A DNA stretch of 63,384 nucleotides, counting the filler, from Atractiella rhizophila (Eukaryota): NCBI GenBank assembly GCA_021432655.1. It is 5 parts of 4 records of this genome, joined end to end, with 100 filler letters (N's around TTAATTAATTAA, not from the genome) between each part and the next. Parts side by side here need not be neighbours in the genome. Positions count along the whole stretch, not along the records: positions 1 to 31,155 come from MU271700.1; 4 more parts are not named here. One strand, written 5' to 3'. Positions within the stretch are counted from its first letter, which is position 1, and every line of letters starts with the position of its first letter. This document shows positions 1 through 11,124 of this stretch, piece after piece. Position numbers and translations under genes: made by a program. Under the pieces are notes generated by a model. It saw only the letters and a list, made by a program, of their open reading frames with translations, was not told the DNA's origin and did not search any database.

Positions 1-1468
1 ACCTTGAAGTCCTCCACGAATTCCTTCTACGAGTTCGTACGCGTTCCGAAACGTATAGAATGGGCGAACAAACGGGAGGACAAGGAAGTGCAACCTCTGA
101 GCTGCATCTGATGGTTCTCCCTTCTTCTTCGACGTAACCGATTCTTCCTCCGTCTGTAACAGTTCAAGGACAGATGCCGTGATGCGTGATGAATTTTTGA
201 GCGTGTAGTCATGATCGTCTACGTCTTTGGGGTGGCCACCGTAGATCATTTCTTGAACATAGTGTGATTTCTTGAGCTTGTCATACACTTCCGATTCCGA
301 TGCGCGACCCTCACCAATATATATCCAGTTGGCTTTCACAAAATAAATCGATTCCTCCTTCTCCTTTTCGTACCCTATGAAGTACTTTCCATTCTTGCCA
401 CAGAGCGACGGACGACAGCAGTCACTGATTCTGCCTACGATCAACTGCATCGACGGCTGCGAACACGGAGCGTTCGGAGGTGACAATGCTGGAAGATTTA
501 GCACCCAAATGTCGGGAGCCCTGGGAACACTGAATCCAGCCTGCTCGAGTTGCTCTTTTCTCGCCCCAAAGACTTGATGAGCCGCCTCCGCGACGAATGT
601 GGTGGCTCTGATAAAGTGATGATCGAGGCCGCGATTCGCTCCAGCTGAACCATACGAGCGAACGAAATGACAGAAATCGTCAAACTCGTCTTCGCTTGTG
701 AAATCGAATAGTTCGGTGTAAACAATGTGCCTCGGAGTCCAACGAACGATTCTTGCTGCGCCAGGGAAGAAGAGGATGTAATAGGATGCTGTTCGATGCT
801 GATAATATGTGAGATTCATGAAAGAGTAGAGAACCTGTTCGAGTACTTGTTCGGTATCTTGATTCCAGTTTGACTCGTCGAAAGGATCGTACTGCTGCAT
901 TGTCGCGTCCGCTACCAGTTGGCAATGAGTCCAGCAGATCGTGTTCTTGATTCCACAACACTCGTCTTTCTCCACGCCCATAAAGCCTGATTTGCGGCCA
1001 AACTTGCCTCCATCGTACTCTTCATCGTCGGCTGGTGGATGCACATGCACATCGCGGAACTCCAACTCTTTATCTTCCCACAGAAAGTTCATTAACCTCG
1101 TCTAAACAATAACAGCCATAAAAATCCAGTTGCCTGTTTGAAACAATACTCACAATCACAGGATACATCTCACGCTCCTGCCTGTCCTTCACTCCCATCA
1201 CTTTCCGCCAGGATTTCAATTTGTTAGCATTCTTGGATTCCCACTCCTCTTCCTCCTTGAGCTTCGATTGCTGATTCCTGGGAGTAGGAAAGAATTCCTC
1301 GAGGAAAGCGACGACGCTTGCAGAGTAGTAATGATTCAGAGTTTCTTCAATGAAGCTTTCCGTAGCATGATTCAAAAACTCAGAAGTGTGAGTGTGAGAA
1401 CAGTTGCTCCAAATGCAACTTTGCTTGCTCGGCTGCTTAACATGGCTGCTAGTTAAACTCTTGGACAT
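1..1468 (-). CDS. FunK1-type (Pkinase_fungal) protein kinase, copy A; 5' part only, continues past window start
   Basis: ATG at 1468, short intron near 1100-1155, then an open frame (ELEFRDVH...ICWTHCQLVAD...YYQHRT...YFVKANW) running to position 1; near-identical to 6403-7881. Confidence 0.75.
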
Positions 1469-1759
1469 CGGGTAGCAAATAGTTGACCTTTACTTCTGTT
1501 GTAATCTCCTTGCCGCTACTTGCCGTACCTTGTGTTGCATACAGAAAAGTAACGTACTGTCAACCACCGCACTAGCCAAAGGACTCTTTCCACTGCCTCG
1601 GGCCTCAGATGTCTGATTCATTTTCACAAATATTATTCAAGCATTCCCAATCCACACCTCACAAAGTGTAGCAGCCCTAAGTAACTGTTTACATTCCAAA
1701 AAAACACAATATTTACATTCCATACAGGATTTACATGAGAAAGACATGGTATTGACAAA

Positions 1760-4449
1760 TCACGAAGGCTGAAAGACTTGCTTTTGAAGGGTAGACTGTC
1801 CTTGTAGTTTCTTGGTTGTGCTGCTCTCCAATCCTTCCCCCTTTCTCTTCTTATTATTGTTCCCCAAAATACTATCAACAACATTCGGTTCGTTGTGCGT
1901 CAGCCCTTCCAACCGTTCCTTGTGCTGCTTGATCACGATTTGTAAGAACAGAATGAGAAATCTCAGCAGCTTCTCTTGTTTATCATCCGTGTCCAAAGAA
2001 GGTGCACTGATAAAATCTGATTGGAGGAACTCATCCAATTCGTCTGCTGAGATTTCAAGCTTTGAACAGAGCTGAATTACTAGATCCTTCCGATTTTCCA
2101 CGAAAGCTTTCCGCATAAATTCTTCTAGCAGGTAACGTGGGGCGAGAAATCGGCGAAACAGTGAAATAATGGCACCCAGAATATCGATGTCCGCTTGAAT
2201 GTCTCCGTGACGGAATGATGCGTGATTCCCTGACATCTCCCTTTCCTTCACATCGCCTGCGTCTTTGCCATTGTACGATTTGATGAGCTCTTCTGCGTCC
2301 ACTCGATAATCCGAGCGCCAATGTGGGAACGTATGCGTTGTTAGAATGTGGTAAGAAGATTCGATATCATCGATCAGCTCGTGCGCATGTGGGGATCTTC
2401 CGAGAAGGGCGACGGAGAGAAAAAGAAATGTCCCCTACTCAAGACTGTGAGTAGTTTTATAACGACTGGGCGGAGGAAAGGACACACCGTCCTGCTGTGG
2501 CTAGATTTCCTCGTTGCGTCCAACTCAACTGCAAAATCAAAATCTTGGAGGACACCTTTCACATCATCTCCGGACCGTGCCAGAGCAATGTTAGAGTGAC
2601 TGACATCGCGATGAAGGTAACCAGCACGGTGCAGATCCAAAAGGCCTGGACTAAAGATCAGGGAACTGGTCCTTTTATGACAAAACATACTCACCTTGAA
2701 GGCCTCCACGAAGTCCTTCGACCAGTTCGTATCCATTCCGAAAGGTGGAAAGAGGTCGAACAAAGGGTAGAACAAGAAAGTGTAATCTCTGTTCTGGATA
2801 ACTTCGGTCTCCCTCGGCCTTCCCTTTTGAGCTCTTCCCCCCCGTCTGCATTGCGTCGTTCCTTAACTGTTCCTTGGTAGAAGGTGTTAGGTATTCTGAG
2901 TCCTTGAGAGTGTAGTCAAGATCTTCGATGTCTTTCGGGTAGCCACCGTAGATCATTTCTTGAACGCTTTGTGTACCTTTGAGTTTTTCGTACACTTCCG
3001 ACTCCGATACGCGACCTCCACCAGTGTACGCCCAGTTGGCCTTTACGAACCAAATCGATTCAGGGTTCCCCTTTTCGTACCCTACGAAGTACTTCCCATT
3101 CCTTCCACAAAGCGATGGACGATATCGACCAATTCGTCCTATGATTAGTTCCATTGAGGGTTGAACAATTGGTTCCATTGTGGATGCAGAAGATTGGTCT
3201 GTTGGTTCCACTGGGGATGCAGATGATTGATGATCTGTTGGCTCCATTGAAGGCGCAGAGCTTTGAACAGTTGGTTCCGTTGAGGCTGCAGAGGATGTTC
3301 CAGTTAGCTCCATTGACTGTACAGAAGCTTCTTCAGTTGATCCCATGGAGGGTTGCCCCCGAAAAGGGTTGGGACGTGTCAACTCTGGAAGGTGCAGCTC
3401 CCATATATCGGATGACTTGGGAACACTGAAACCAGCCAGTTTGATGTCCTTTTCGTTCGCAAGAAAGACAGCGACTGCTTCCTTCGCAACCCCTTCGTCG
3501 GCTCTAGTAAAGTGGCTATCGAGACCGCGGTTAGCTTGTGGCGAACCGAATGAACGAACGAAGCGACGAAATTTGTTGAAGTCGGTTTTGAGCTTGAAAT
3601 TGAATCGGTCCGTGTAAACGACCTGTCTCGGAGTCCAACGAACGATTCTCGCTGCGCCAGGGAAGAAGAGGATGAGATAGGATGCCGTGCGGTGCTGATA
3701 ATACGCTAGATCCAGCAAATAGTGGAGAATTTGCTTTAGCGCCTCTTCAATTTCTTGACGCCAAAGCAACGGTTCGAAAGGATCCTCGTTCTGGAATTTC
3801 GCGTCCGCTACCAGTTGACAATGCCTCCAGCACATGTGGTTCTTCGTTCCACAACACCCCTCCACTTCGTCTTTCTTGACAGCTATGAAATCGGGCTTGT
3901 TTTTAGGCTTGAGTCCATCGTACCACGTAGGATCAGGTTGTAGATGCACGTCGCGGAACTCCAATTCTTGGCCCTCCAACAGAAAGTTCATAAACTCTGT
4001 CTAGAGCGGCATACCCATAAAAATCCAGACATTTGCCTAAAACAAAAGCTCACAATAGTGGAATAAAGTGCAATCCCCTTGAGTTCCTTCGCTGCTTTCA
4101 CTCCCATCTTTTTCCGCCATGAATCCAACTCTGTCTGCTCCGTGGACTCACTATCCTCAGATTGGTTGTCTTCAGAATCAGAGTCAGAACTCTGTGTCAC
4201 GGATTCCTCACTCTGCTCAGGTTGATTGTCGAGAGAATCTGAATCTGAATCTGAATCTGAATCGGGAAAGAATGTATGGAGGAAATTGTCGATGCTGATA
4301 GAATAGTAATGGTTCTGCGTCTCCTCTAGAATCCTTTGTCGCTCAGCAGCGGGAAGTTCGGTAGTCTGTGAAGGGTTGCTCGTATTACGACTTTGGGTTT
4401 GAGGCCGCTTATTGGGGCTGGCTGGCGTACGAGGTAAACCACTGGACAT
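1760..4449 (-). CDS. FunK1-type fungal protein kinase, copy B, apparently intact (4 exons)
   Basis: ORFs 3988-4449, 2675-3991, 2374-2775 and 1760-2302 join through short GT-AG introns; motifs WFVKANW, LHRDVSHSNIAL, VLQDFDFA, RT|GTFLFLS, HELIDDIES. Confidence 0.85.
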
Positions 4450-4535
4450 CGTGTCACAAATAATGTCGACGGCTCGTGGTGGTCAGTCTGATGTTCAGAA
4501 AGTGGTTGATATTGGTCGCGTTTTTATGGCAAAAG

Positions 4536-4632
4536 GAACAAAGAACGAAGAACAAGGGACGAGGAACAAAGGACGAAGAACAGGGGATGAGGAACAAAGG
4601 TCGAGGAACAAATTTAAAGGTCGAAGAACAAA
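4536..4632 (+). repeat. 14-bp tandem repeat (consensus GAACAAAGGACGAR), about 6.5 copies, upstream of kinase B
   Basis: Units begin at 4536, 4550, 4564, 4578, 4592, 4606 (with insertion) and 4626. Confidence 0.85.
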
Positions 4633-4808
4633 CAAGCCTGAAACACGTGATCAACTTCAACCTTAATGTTCATTCATTGGCAAGTTTCGTAAGGACAAGA
4701 ATGGATTAAATGACTTTTGTTTTCGCTGCTCTTCACCGTTCCTACCAGGAAAGATTCAAGTTTAAAAGTAGAATGGCATTGAAAAGGGGAAAAAGCCCTC
4801 GTCTACGG

Positions 4809-5180
4809 CTAGACCTTCATCTCTTCCGTGGCGCAGCTGTCTAATCCATCCCTCTGTCTCTTGCAAACATCAGAACATTGTCGACAATATTTATTTCGTT
4901 GGTCACCATCCCCTCCAACCGTTTTCTGTGATGATTGATAACGACCTGTAAGAACTGAATCAAAAATTGCAACACCTTCTCTTGTTTCTCCTTGTCGCAA
5001 GAAAGCGCATCCAGAAAATCTGGTTGCGGGAACTCTTCCAATTAGTCCAGTGGAATGCTGACTTCTGGGCAGAGCTGGATTACTTGATTCTTAGGAACAA
5101 CTCGCAAGGGCTTCTCGTCGAAAGTTTTCGGGTAGTAACGCGGAGCTAGAAATTGGCGAAACAGGGAAATGATGGGTGGG
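4809..5180 (-). pseudogene. Degenerate C-terminal fragment of a FunK1-type kinase
   Basis: PIISLFRQFLAPRY...LD*LEEFPQPDFLDAL...QEKVLQFLIQFLQVVI matches the C-termini of copies B and C; in-frame stop near 5042; no kinase domain upstream. Confidence 0.75.
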
Positions 5181-5483
5181 AAAGAAGAAGGAAACGATGA
5201 TCCGTGGGCTGGTCACGGAGAATGGTATTAGACATTCGGGTGCTGGAGTGAAGGACAACCCCTGAGAGGTGACGATGAGCCTTAATCGCGGTGCGAGTGT
5301 TTAGTTCTCAGATGACTGATTCATTTTCAGAAATATTAATCAAGCATTCCCAATCCGCGCCGTCACAAAGTGTACCAACCCTGAGTAACTATTTACATTC
5401 CAAAAAGAAAACAAAATATTTACATTCCAACAGGATTGACATGAGAAAGACTTGGTATTAACAAATCACGAACACGGAAAGAC

Positions 5484-7869
5484 CTACTTTTGAAGGCTAG
5501 TCATTGATTGAAGTCTCTTGGATGTGCTGCTCTCTAATCCTTCCCCCTTTCTCTTCTTATTATTGTTCCTCAAAATAGCATCAACAACATTCGGTTCGTT
5601 GTGCGTCATCCCTTCCAACTGTTCCTTGTGCTGCTTGATCACGATTTGTAAAACTTGAATAAGAAATCTCAGCAGCTTCTCTTGTTTATCATTCGTGTCG
5701 AAAGCAAGCGCATCAATAAAACCTGGTTGAAAGAACTCGCCGAAACTGTCCGATGGGATGCCAATCTCTGAACAGAGTTCAATCACTAGTTCCTCACGGT
5801 CTGACGCGAGGACTTGTCGGAATCGTCCTTCTTTGAAGTAACGAGCTGCGAGAAATTGGCGAAAGAGGGAAATGATGGGACCAAGAATATGGATATTGGC
5901 TCGAATCTCGTCCTCGCCGACCCCTTCGTAATCTCCTTTTAACTCCTCTCTCTTCATACAAGCTGCGTCCTTGCGATCGTACGACTTAAGGAGTTGTTCT
6001 GCTTTCGCACGACGATTAGGGAACCAATGTGGGTATGTATGCGTTGTTAGAATGTGGTAGAAAGATTCGATGTCATCTGCCAGCTGGTGCGCGTGCCTGT
6101 GGGTGCCAAGGAGGGCAGCAGACAGAAAAAGGTGTGTTCCCTTGTCAAGGTTATTAGCTCCGTAATGATTAAGGACAAGAAGTAGGAAGGACACACCGTC
6201 TTGCTGTGACTGATTGTCCTCGTTGCGGCCAAGTCAACAGCAAAATCGAAATCTTGGAGGACACCTTTCACATCATCTCCAGACCGTGCCAGAGCAATAT
6301 TGGAGTGGCTGACATCGCGATGAAGGTAACCCGCACGGTACAGATCCAAAAGGCCTAGACACAAACATCAGGGAGATAGTCCTTCGTCCGACAAACAAAC
6401 GAACCTTGAAGTCCTCCACGAATTCCTTCTACGAGTTCGTACGCGTTCCGAAACGTATAGAATGGGCGAACAAACGGGAGGACAAGGAAGTGCAACCTCT
6501 GAGCTGCATCTGATGGTTCTCCCTTCTTCTTCGACGTAACCGATTCTTCCTCCGTCTGTAACAGTTCAAGGACAGATGCCGTGATGCGTGATGAATTTTT
6601 GAGCGTGTAGTCATGATCGTCTACGTCTTTGGGGTGGCCACCGTAGATCATTTCTTGAACATAGTGTGATTTCTTGAGCTTGTCATACACTTCCGATTCC
6701 GATGCGCGACCCTCACCAATATATATCCAGTTGGCTTTCACAAAATAAATCGATTCCTCCTTCTCCTTTTCGTACCCTATGAAGTACTTTCCATTCCTGC
6801 CACAGAGCGACGGACGACAGCAGTCACTGATTCTGCCTACGATCAACTGCATCGACGGCTGCGAACACGGAGCGTTCGGAGGTGACAATGCTGGAAGATT
6901 TAGCACCCAAATGTCGGGAGCCCTGGGAACACTGAATCCAGCCTGCTCGAGCTCCTCTTTCCTCGCTCCAAAGATTTGATGAGCCGCCTCCGCGACGAAT
7001 GCGGTGGCTCTGATAAAGTGACAATCGAGGCCGCGATTCGCTCCAGCTGAACCATACGAGCGAACGAAATGACAGAAATCGTCAAACTCGTCTTCGCTTG
7101 TGAAATCGAATAGTTCGGTGTAAACAATGTGCCTCGGAGTCCAACGAACGATTCTTGCTGCGCCAGGGAAGAAGAGGATGTAATAGGATGCTGTTCGATG
7201 CTGATAATATGTGAGATTCATGAAAGAGTAGAGAACCTGTTCGAGTACTTGTTCGGTATCTTGATTCCAGTTTGACTCGTCGAAAGGATCGTACTGCTGC
7301 ATTGTCGCGTCCGCTACCAATTGGCAATGAGTCCAACAGATCGGTTCTTGGTTCCACAACACTCGTCTTTCTCCACGCCCATAAAGCCTGATTTGTGAGC
7401 AAACTTGCCTCCATCGTTCTCTTCATCGTCGGCTGGTGGATGCACATGCACATCGCGGAACTCCAACTCTTTATCTTCCCACAGAAAGTTCATTAACCTC
7501 GTCTAAACAATAACAGCCATAAAAATCCAGTTGCTTGTTTGAAACAATACTCACAATCATGGGATACATCTCACGCTCCTGCCTGTCCTTCACTCCCATC
7601 ACTTTCCGCCAGGATTTCAATTTGTTAGCATTCTTGGATTCCCACTCCTCTTCCTCCTTGAGCTTCGATTGCTGATTCCTGGGAGTAGGAAAGAATTCCT
7701 CGAGGAAAGCGACGATGCTTGCAGAGTAGTAATGATTCAGAGTTTCTTCAATGAAGCTTTCCGTAGCATGATTCAAAAACTCAGAAGTGTGAGTGTGAGA
7801 ACAGTTGCTCCAAATGCAACTTTGCTTGCTCGGCTGCTTAACATGGTTGCTAGTTAAACTCTTGGACAT
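5484..7869 (-). pseudogene. FunK1-type kinase copy C, full length but with a 1-bp deletion frameshift near 7343 (pseudogene or sequencing error)
   Basis: HRDVSHSN, LQDFDFA, GTHLFLS and DDIESF present; reads AAGAAC-CG-ATC where copy A reads AAGAAC-ACG-ATC. Confidence 0.7.
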
Positions 7870-8278
7870 CGGGTAGCAAATTGTTTGGTGGTTGTTGTTC
7901 AACGCGTCGTCCCGTCCCGATCGTTTCAAGGGAAAGGGACAAACGTTAACGTTGATGGTTGTTGCCGTGGTTGAAACTTCCTATGGAAGTTCTCGACTTG
8001 AAATCGCAACAACTATTCTCTTCCAGTACCAGTGCCTTCGGTGCCTCACAAACTTGTTCCACTGGCAAACACGTTGGTTTTGCTCAGTTGCTGATGGTAT
8101 TTCTTGGACACACTCATTGGTTTGGCTTGGAGCCATCACGTAATAGAAAGCCAAGATAGGATATATCATAGACGGAAGGCACATTAACAAACGGCGTATG
8201 ATTACAGATATTGCACAATGGAATCACGAAATGCAACGACCAGTCATCCTCAGAATAAAGACTCCTCCTCCTGTCACC

Positions 8279-9970
8279 TCAAGTCAGTGATTTCAGCCTC
8301 CCCAACAACTCATGTTTCTTTTGCAGCAACCGTATTCTGATCTCAATCTCCTTCTCTTCGACGTCCGCCTCGGAGAGGAAGGAAGAACGCGCCTCAGCAT
8401 GTAACTGGGAGAGCGAGCTTGGCCCTTGCTGCCATGCTTCCTCTACTTCTTCCTCAACCTGAAGTCCTTTCTGACCCCCAAATCCTTCCATCAGCGTCGA
8501 CATCCGTGAGATTTTCTTCCTCTCGTAATCCTCCACCTCGCTCTCCCCCACAACATTCAAAAACCTCCGTTCATCCCTCACCTTCGGTTTACCTTTGAGT
8601 CTACCTTCTTCCCTTCGGTCTCTCGTCACACATTCATCGTCGGATTCAGGTTCTACCGATAATCGCAACAGGATAGGCTTCAGAGAGAGATCCTCCTCCG
8701 CCTCGAGAGGCGAAAGTCCTCCCGGAAGGCTCTCCATTGTGCGATTCGCTCGAGGTGTCTTGTGTTCCTCCTCGTCGTTATAATCACAACCGCATACCTC
8801 TCTGCCTCTAACGGCGCAATCACCGTGACATAGCTGTTCTTCAGGTGTATCTTCAAGATCGCAATGATCACATTGGTTGGCTACACAAACGCATGTGGGA
8901 GAGGAGGCGCGAAAGATAGGGTTGAAAGGTGGGAGGTGAGGAGAGGGTGGAGTTTCGCCTGGTGGTGGTTGAGGATTCCGAACGGAATAAGGAGAGGAGA
9001 AAACGTCTTCTGGGGACTGATGCCGCTTTCGTAGAGGTCTTTCACCTCGATGATCGTGGGGCTGTAACCTTCGTCGTTCTTTTTTGCTCATCTCTTCCCA
9101 TCTCTTCCCCTTCTCCCTCTTCTTATCACGTTGCATGTCCTTCCTATCCCTCACTGTGCCCTCCTCAATCTTCTCAAGTTGCGATCTACCACTTTCCCAT
9201 CCCCTTGTTCCTTCTAACCAAGTCTCGACATCACTCTCCAGCCCTATCCTTATCCCCATACCCATGGTTGCCGATACGCTGTCTTCTTTGAAACTTTTGT
9301 GCGTCGTAGTGGGGGTTCCTGTCCTCATCTTCTGTCCCATTCGTTCCCCCTTCAATATTGCAACTTCGGATGCATCAGGTGCATCCCGCGTACGCATTCG
9401 TTCCAACGTCGAACGACCTCTCCTTGGGGTTAAGGGAGGAGAGAGTAAAAGTTTGTCGCGGAGGGAGGTGATGGTTACTGTGCTCTGGCTCAAAGCTGGC
9501 GATGGAGGACGAGGATGCTCCGGCGCCACAGATGCCGCTGATGTGGTGAATACTGTTTCCTCCTCTTCTTCAATTTGTCTAGCGCGAAAAGAGTACTTCA
9601 TCCCCGACTTATGGACGACACCCTCTTCTTCTGTGCTACTCATCCCCAACAGGAAACTATCTGTCACCTTCCAGTCTTGATCCACCACCCTCACTTGCTC
9701 CGCAACACACATTACACCTTCCAGGAGCGCCGACGGGACATCGGCGACTTCATATCCAAGAACGTCGAGGAGCAGGAGGCGCAAGAGCTTTGTCTGTTCC
9801 ACTCGGGAAGGTGGGAGAGCAGGAAGGTTAGATTCCAGGACGCAGGACAGCACCGAAAGTAGCAGGGAAGGAGTAATAGACGCTAGCGTGGGTGGTAGAA
9901 CGGGGAGTTTGAGTGAGTTGAGGAGCGAGTGGAACAATGTAAGCAGAGCGGATGTTTCTGGCGCTGCCAT
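8279..9970 (-). CDS. Uncharacterised 563-aa protein; helical N-terminal domain (possibly DUF5745-like), disordered middle with a Cys cluster, coiled C-terminus
   Basis: Long single ORF; N-terminus [31 protein letters not shown]; family assignment from memory only. Confidence 0.7.
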   Translation of the reverse strand: MAAPETSALLTLFHSLLNSLKLPVLPPTLASITPSLLLSVLSCVLESNLPALPPSRVEQTKLLRLLLLDVLGYEVADVPSALLEGVMCVAEQVRVVDQDWKVTDSFLLGMSSTEEEGVVHKSGMKYSFRARQIEEEEETVFTTSAASVAPEHPRPPSPALSQSTVTITSLRDKLLLSPPLTPRRGRSTLERMRTRDAPDASEVAILKGERMGQKMRTGTPTTTHKSFKEDSVSATMGMGIRIGLESDVETWLEGTRGWESGRSQLEKIEEGTVRDRKDMQRDKKREKGKRWEEMSKKERRRLQPHDHRGERPLRKRHQSPEDVFSSPYSVRNPQPPPGETPPSPHLPPFNPIFRASSPTCVCVANQCDHCDLEDTPEEQLCHGDCAVRGREVCGCDYNDEEEHKTPRANRTMESLPGGLSPLEAEEDLSLKPILLRLSVEPESDDECVTRDRREEGRLKGKPKVRDERRFLNVVGESEVEDYERKKISRMSTLMEGFGGQKGLQVEEEVEEAWQQGPSSLSQLHAEARSSFLSEADVEEKEIEIRIRLLQKKHELLGRLKSLT

Positions 9971-11124
9971 TGTATCGCGTCTAAAAACTGAATGTTAGAT
10001 ACTTTTTGAAAGGCAGTGAGGTATAAATTAATTTGCAAGGCAGATCTAGGCAAATCCTCACAAAGATGCTCTGTTCGGCTCTGGTGGCACCCACCGCTAC
10101 ACAATGAACAGCATATACATATTTGATCATCAGCCGTGAAGAGATTTTAGAATGGTATCTTCACCAACGCGACCGTTGTGTAGAACCAACGCTCCCCCAA
10201 TAAAGCATCATCTAACGAGGCACGATATTGTTCATGGTCCTATGAGACGAAGATAATTGTAAAAGGCTCATCCGCTTCTACTTTAGATAACGTTCCTAGC
10301 CGCTTATATACATATTTCATCACGCAAACCCATCTTAAAAGTGATCTGAACTGCTACAAGCTTCCAAGAAATCATTTCAATGACGTTGCCCTCAGTCAAA
10401 ACATCATGTCATTCAGATTACACGAGCTCGCGTCGCCGTCCCTTATTTTTGAGGGAAGTTATTGTCAGCACAAACACCGTGCCATTCTAGGATTATCGGG
10501 TAAACATAGTCGTTCATTCATCCAAAGAGACTAAGCTGTACATAAGCCCACGGCGATCCAACCACCCCCTTCCATCATGTCAGTCCCACAGCCTATATGA
10601 AGACCGAATACCATGCCAGGAGCTGCTACTACAAAACAAGCAGAGATAATCTCCAAACGAATGCGATCCGCGCTTTCCCGTACACGGTTTCTCAAAGAAA
10701 GAGTAACACACCTTTGCAGTTGCTATCCCTCACTCCTCCTACAGATTCGTCAAATTGTTTAATTTCTACACTTTCCACTTCCACCAAATCTCGTCAACTG
10801 TTTGCAGCGTGCTGACATCAGAGCTTTGTTGTTGTCAACAATTGTTCAATTGTTGCTTATTATTCGGAGTCCAAGATTGGCACGTGATTTGTGGACCTAG
10901 CAGGAACAAGAATCGCCTGGAGATTATGTAGGAATGGCAGAGCACGAGGGAATCATTGCATTGCAAGCATCACAACGTCCAAACAACGTCTCAACAAGAT
11001 GTGGGTAACCAAAATAACATAATAAAACAAATCCGAAGATCTAAAGTCACTCCTCATTCCACCCTGCCACATTGCGTTACGAGCGTCGAAGGTAGCGTTG
11101 AAGACACTTCCAAAAAGGCATCCG

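Noticed and set aside
4536..4632. CRISPR-like array
   Set aside because: Head-to-tail 14-bp units with no unique spacers, in a eukaryotic genome
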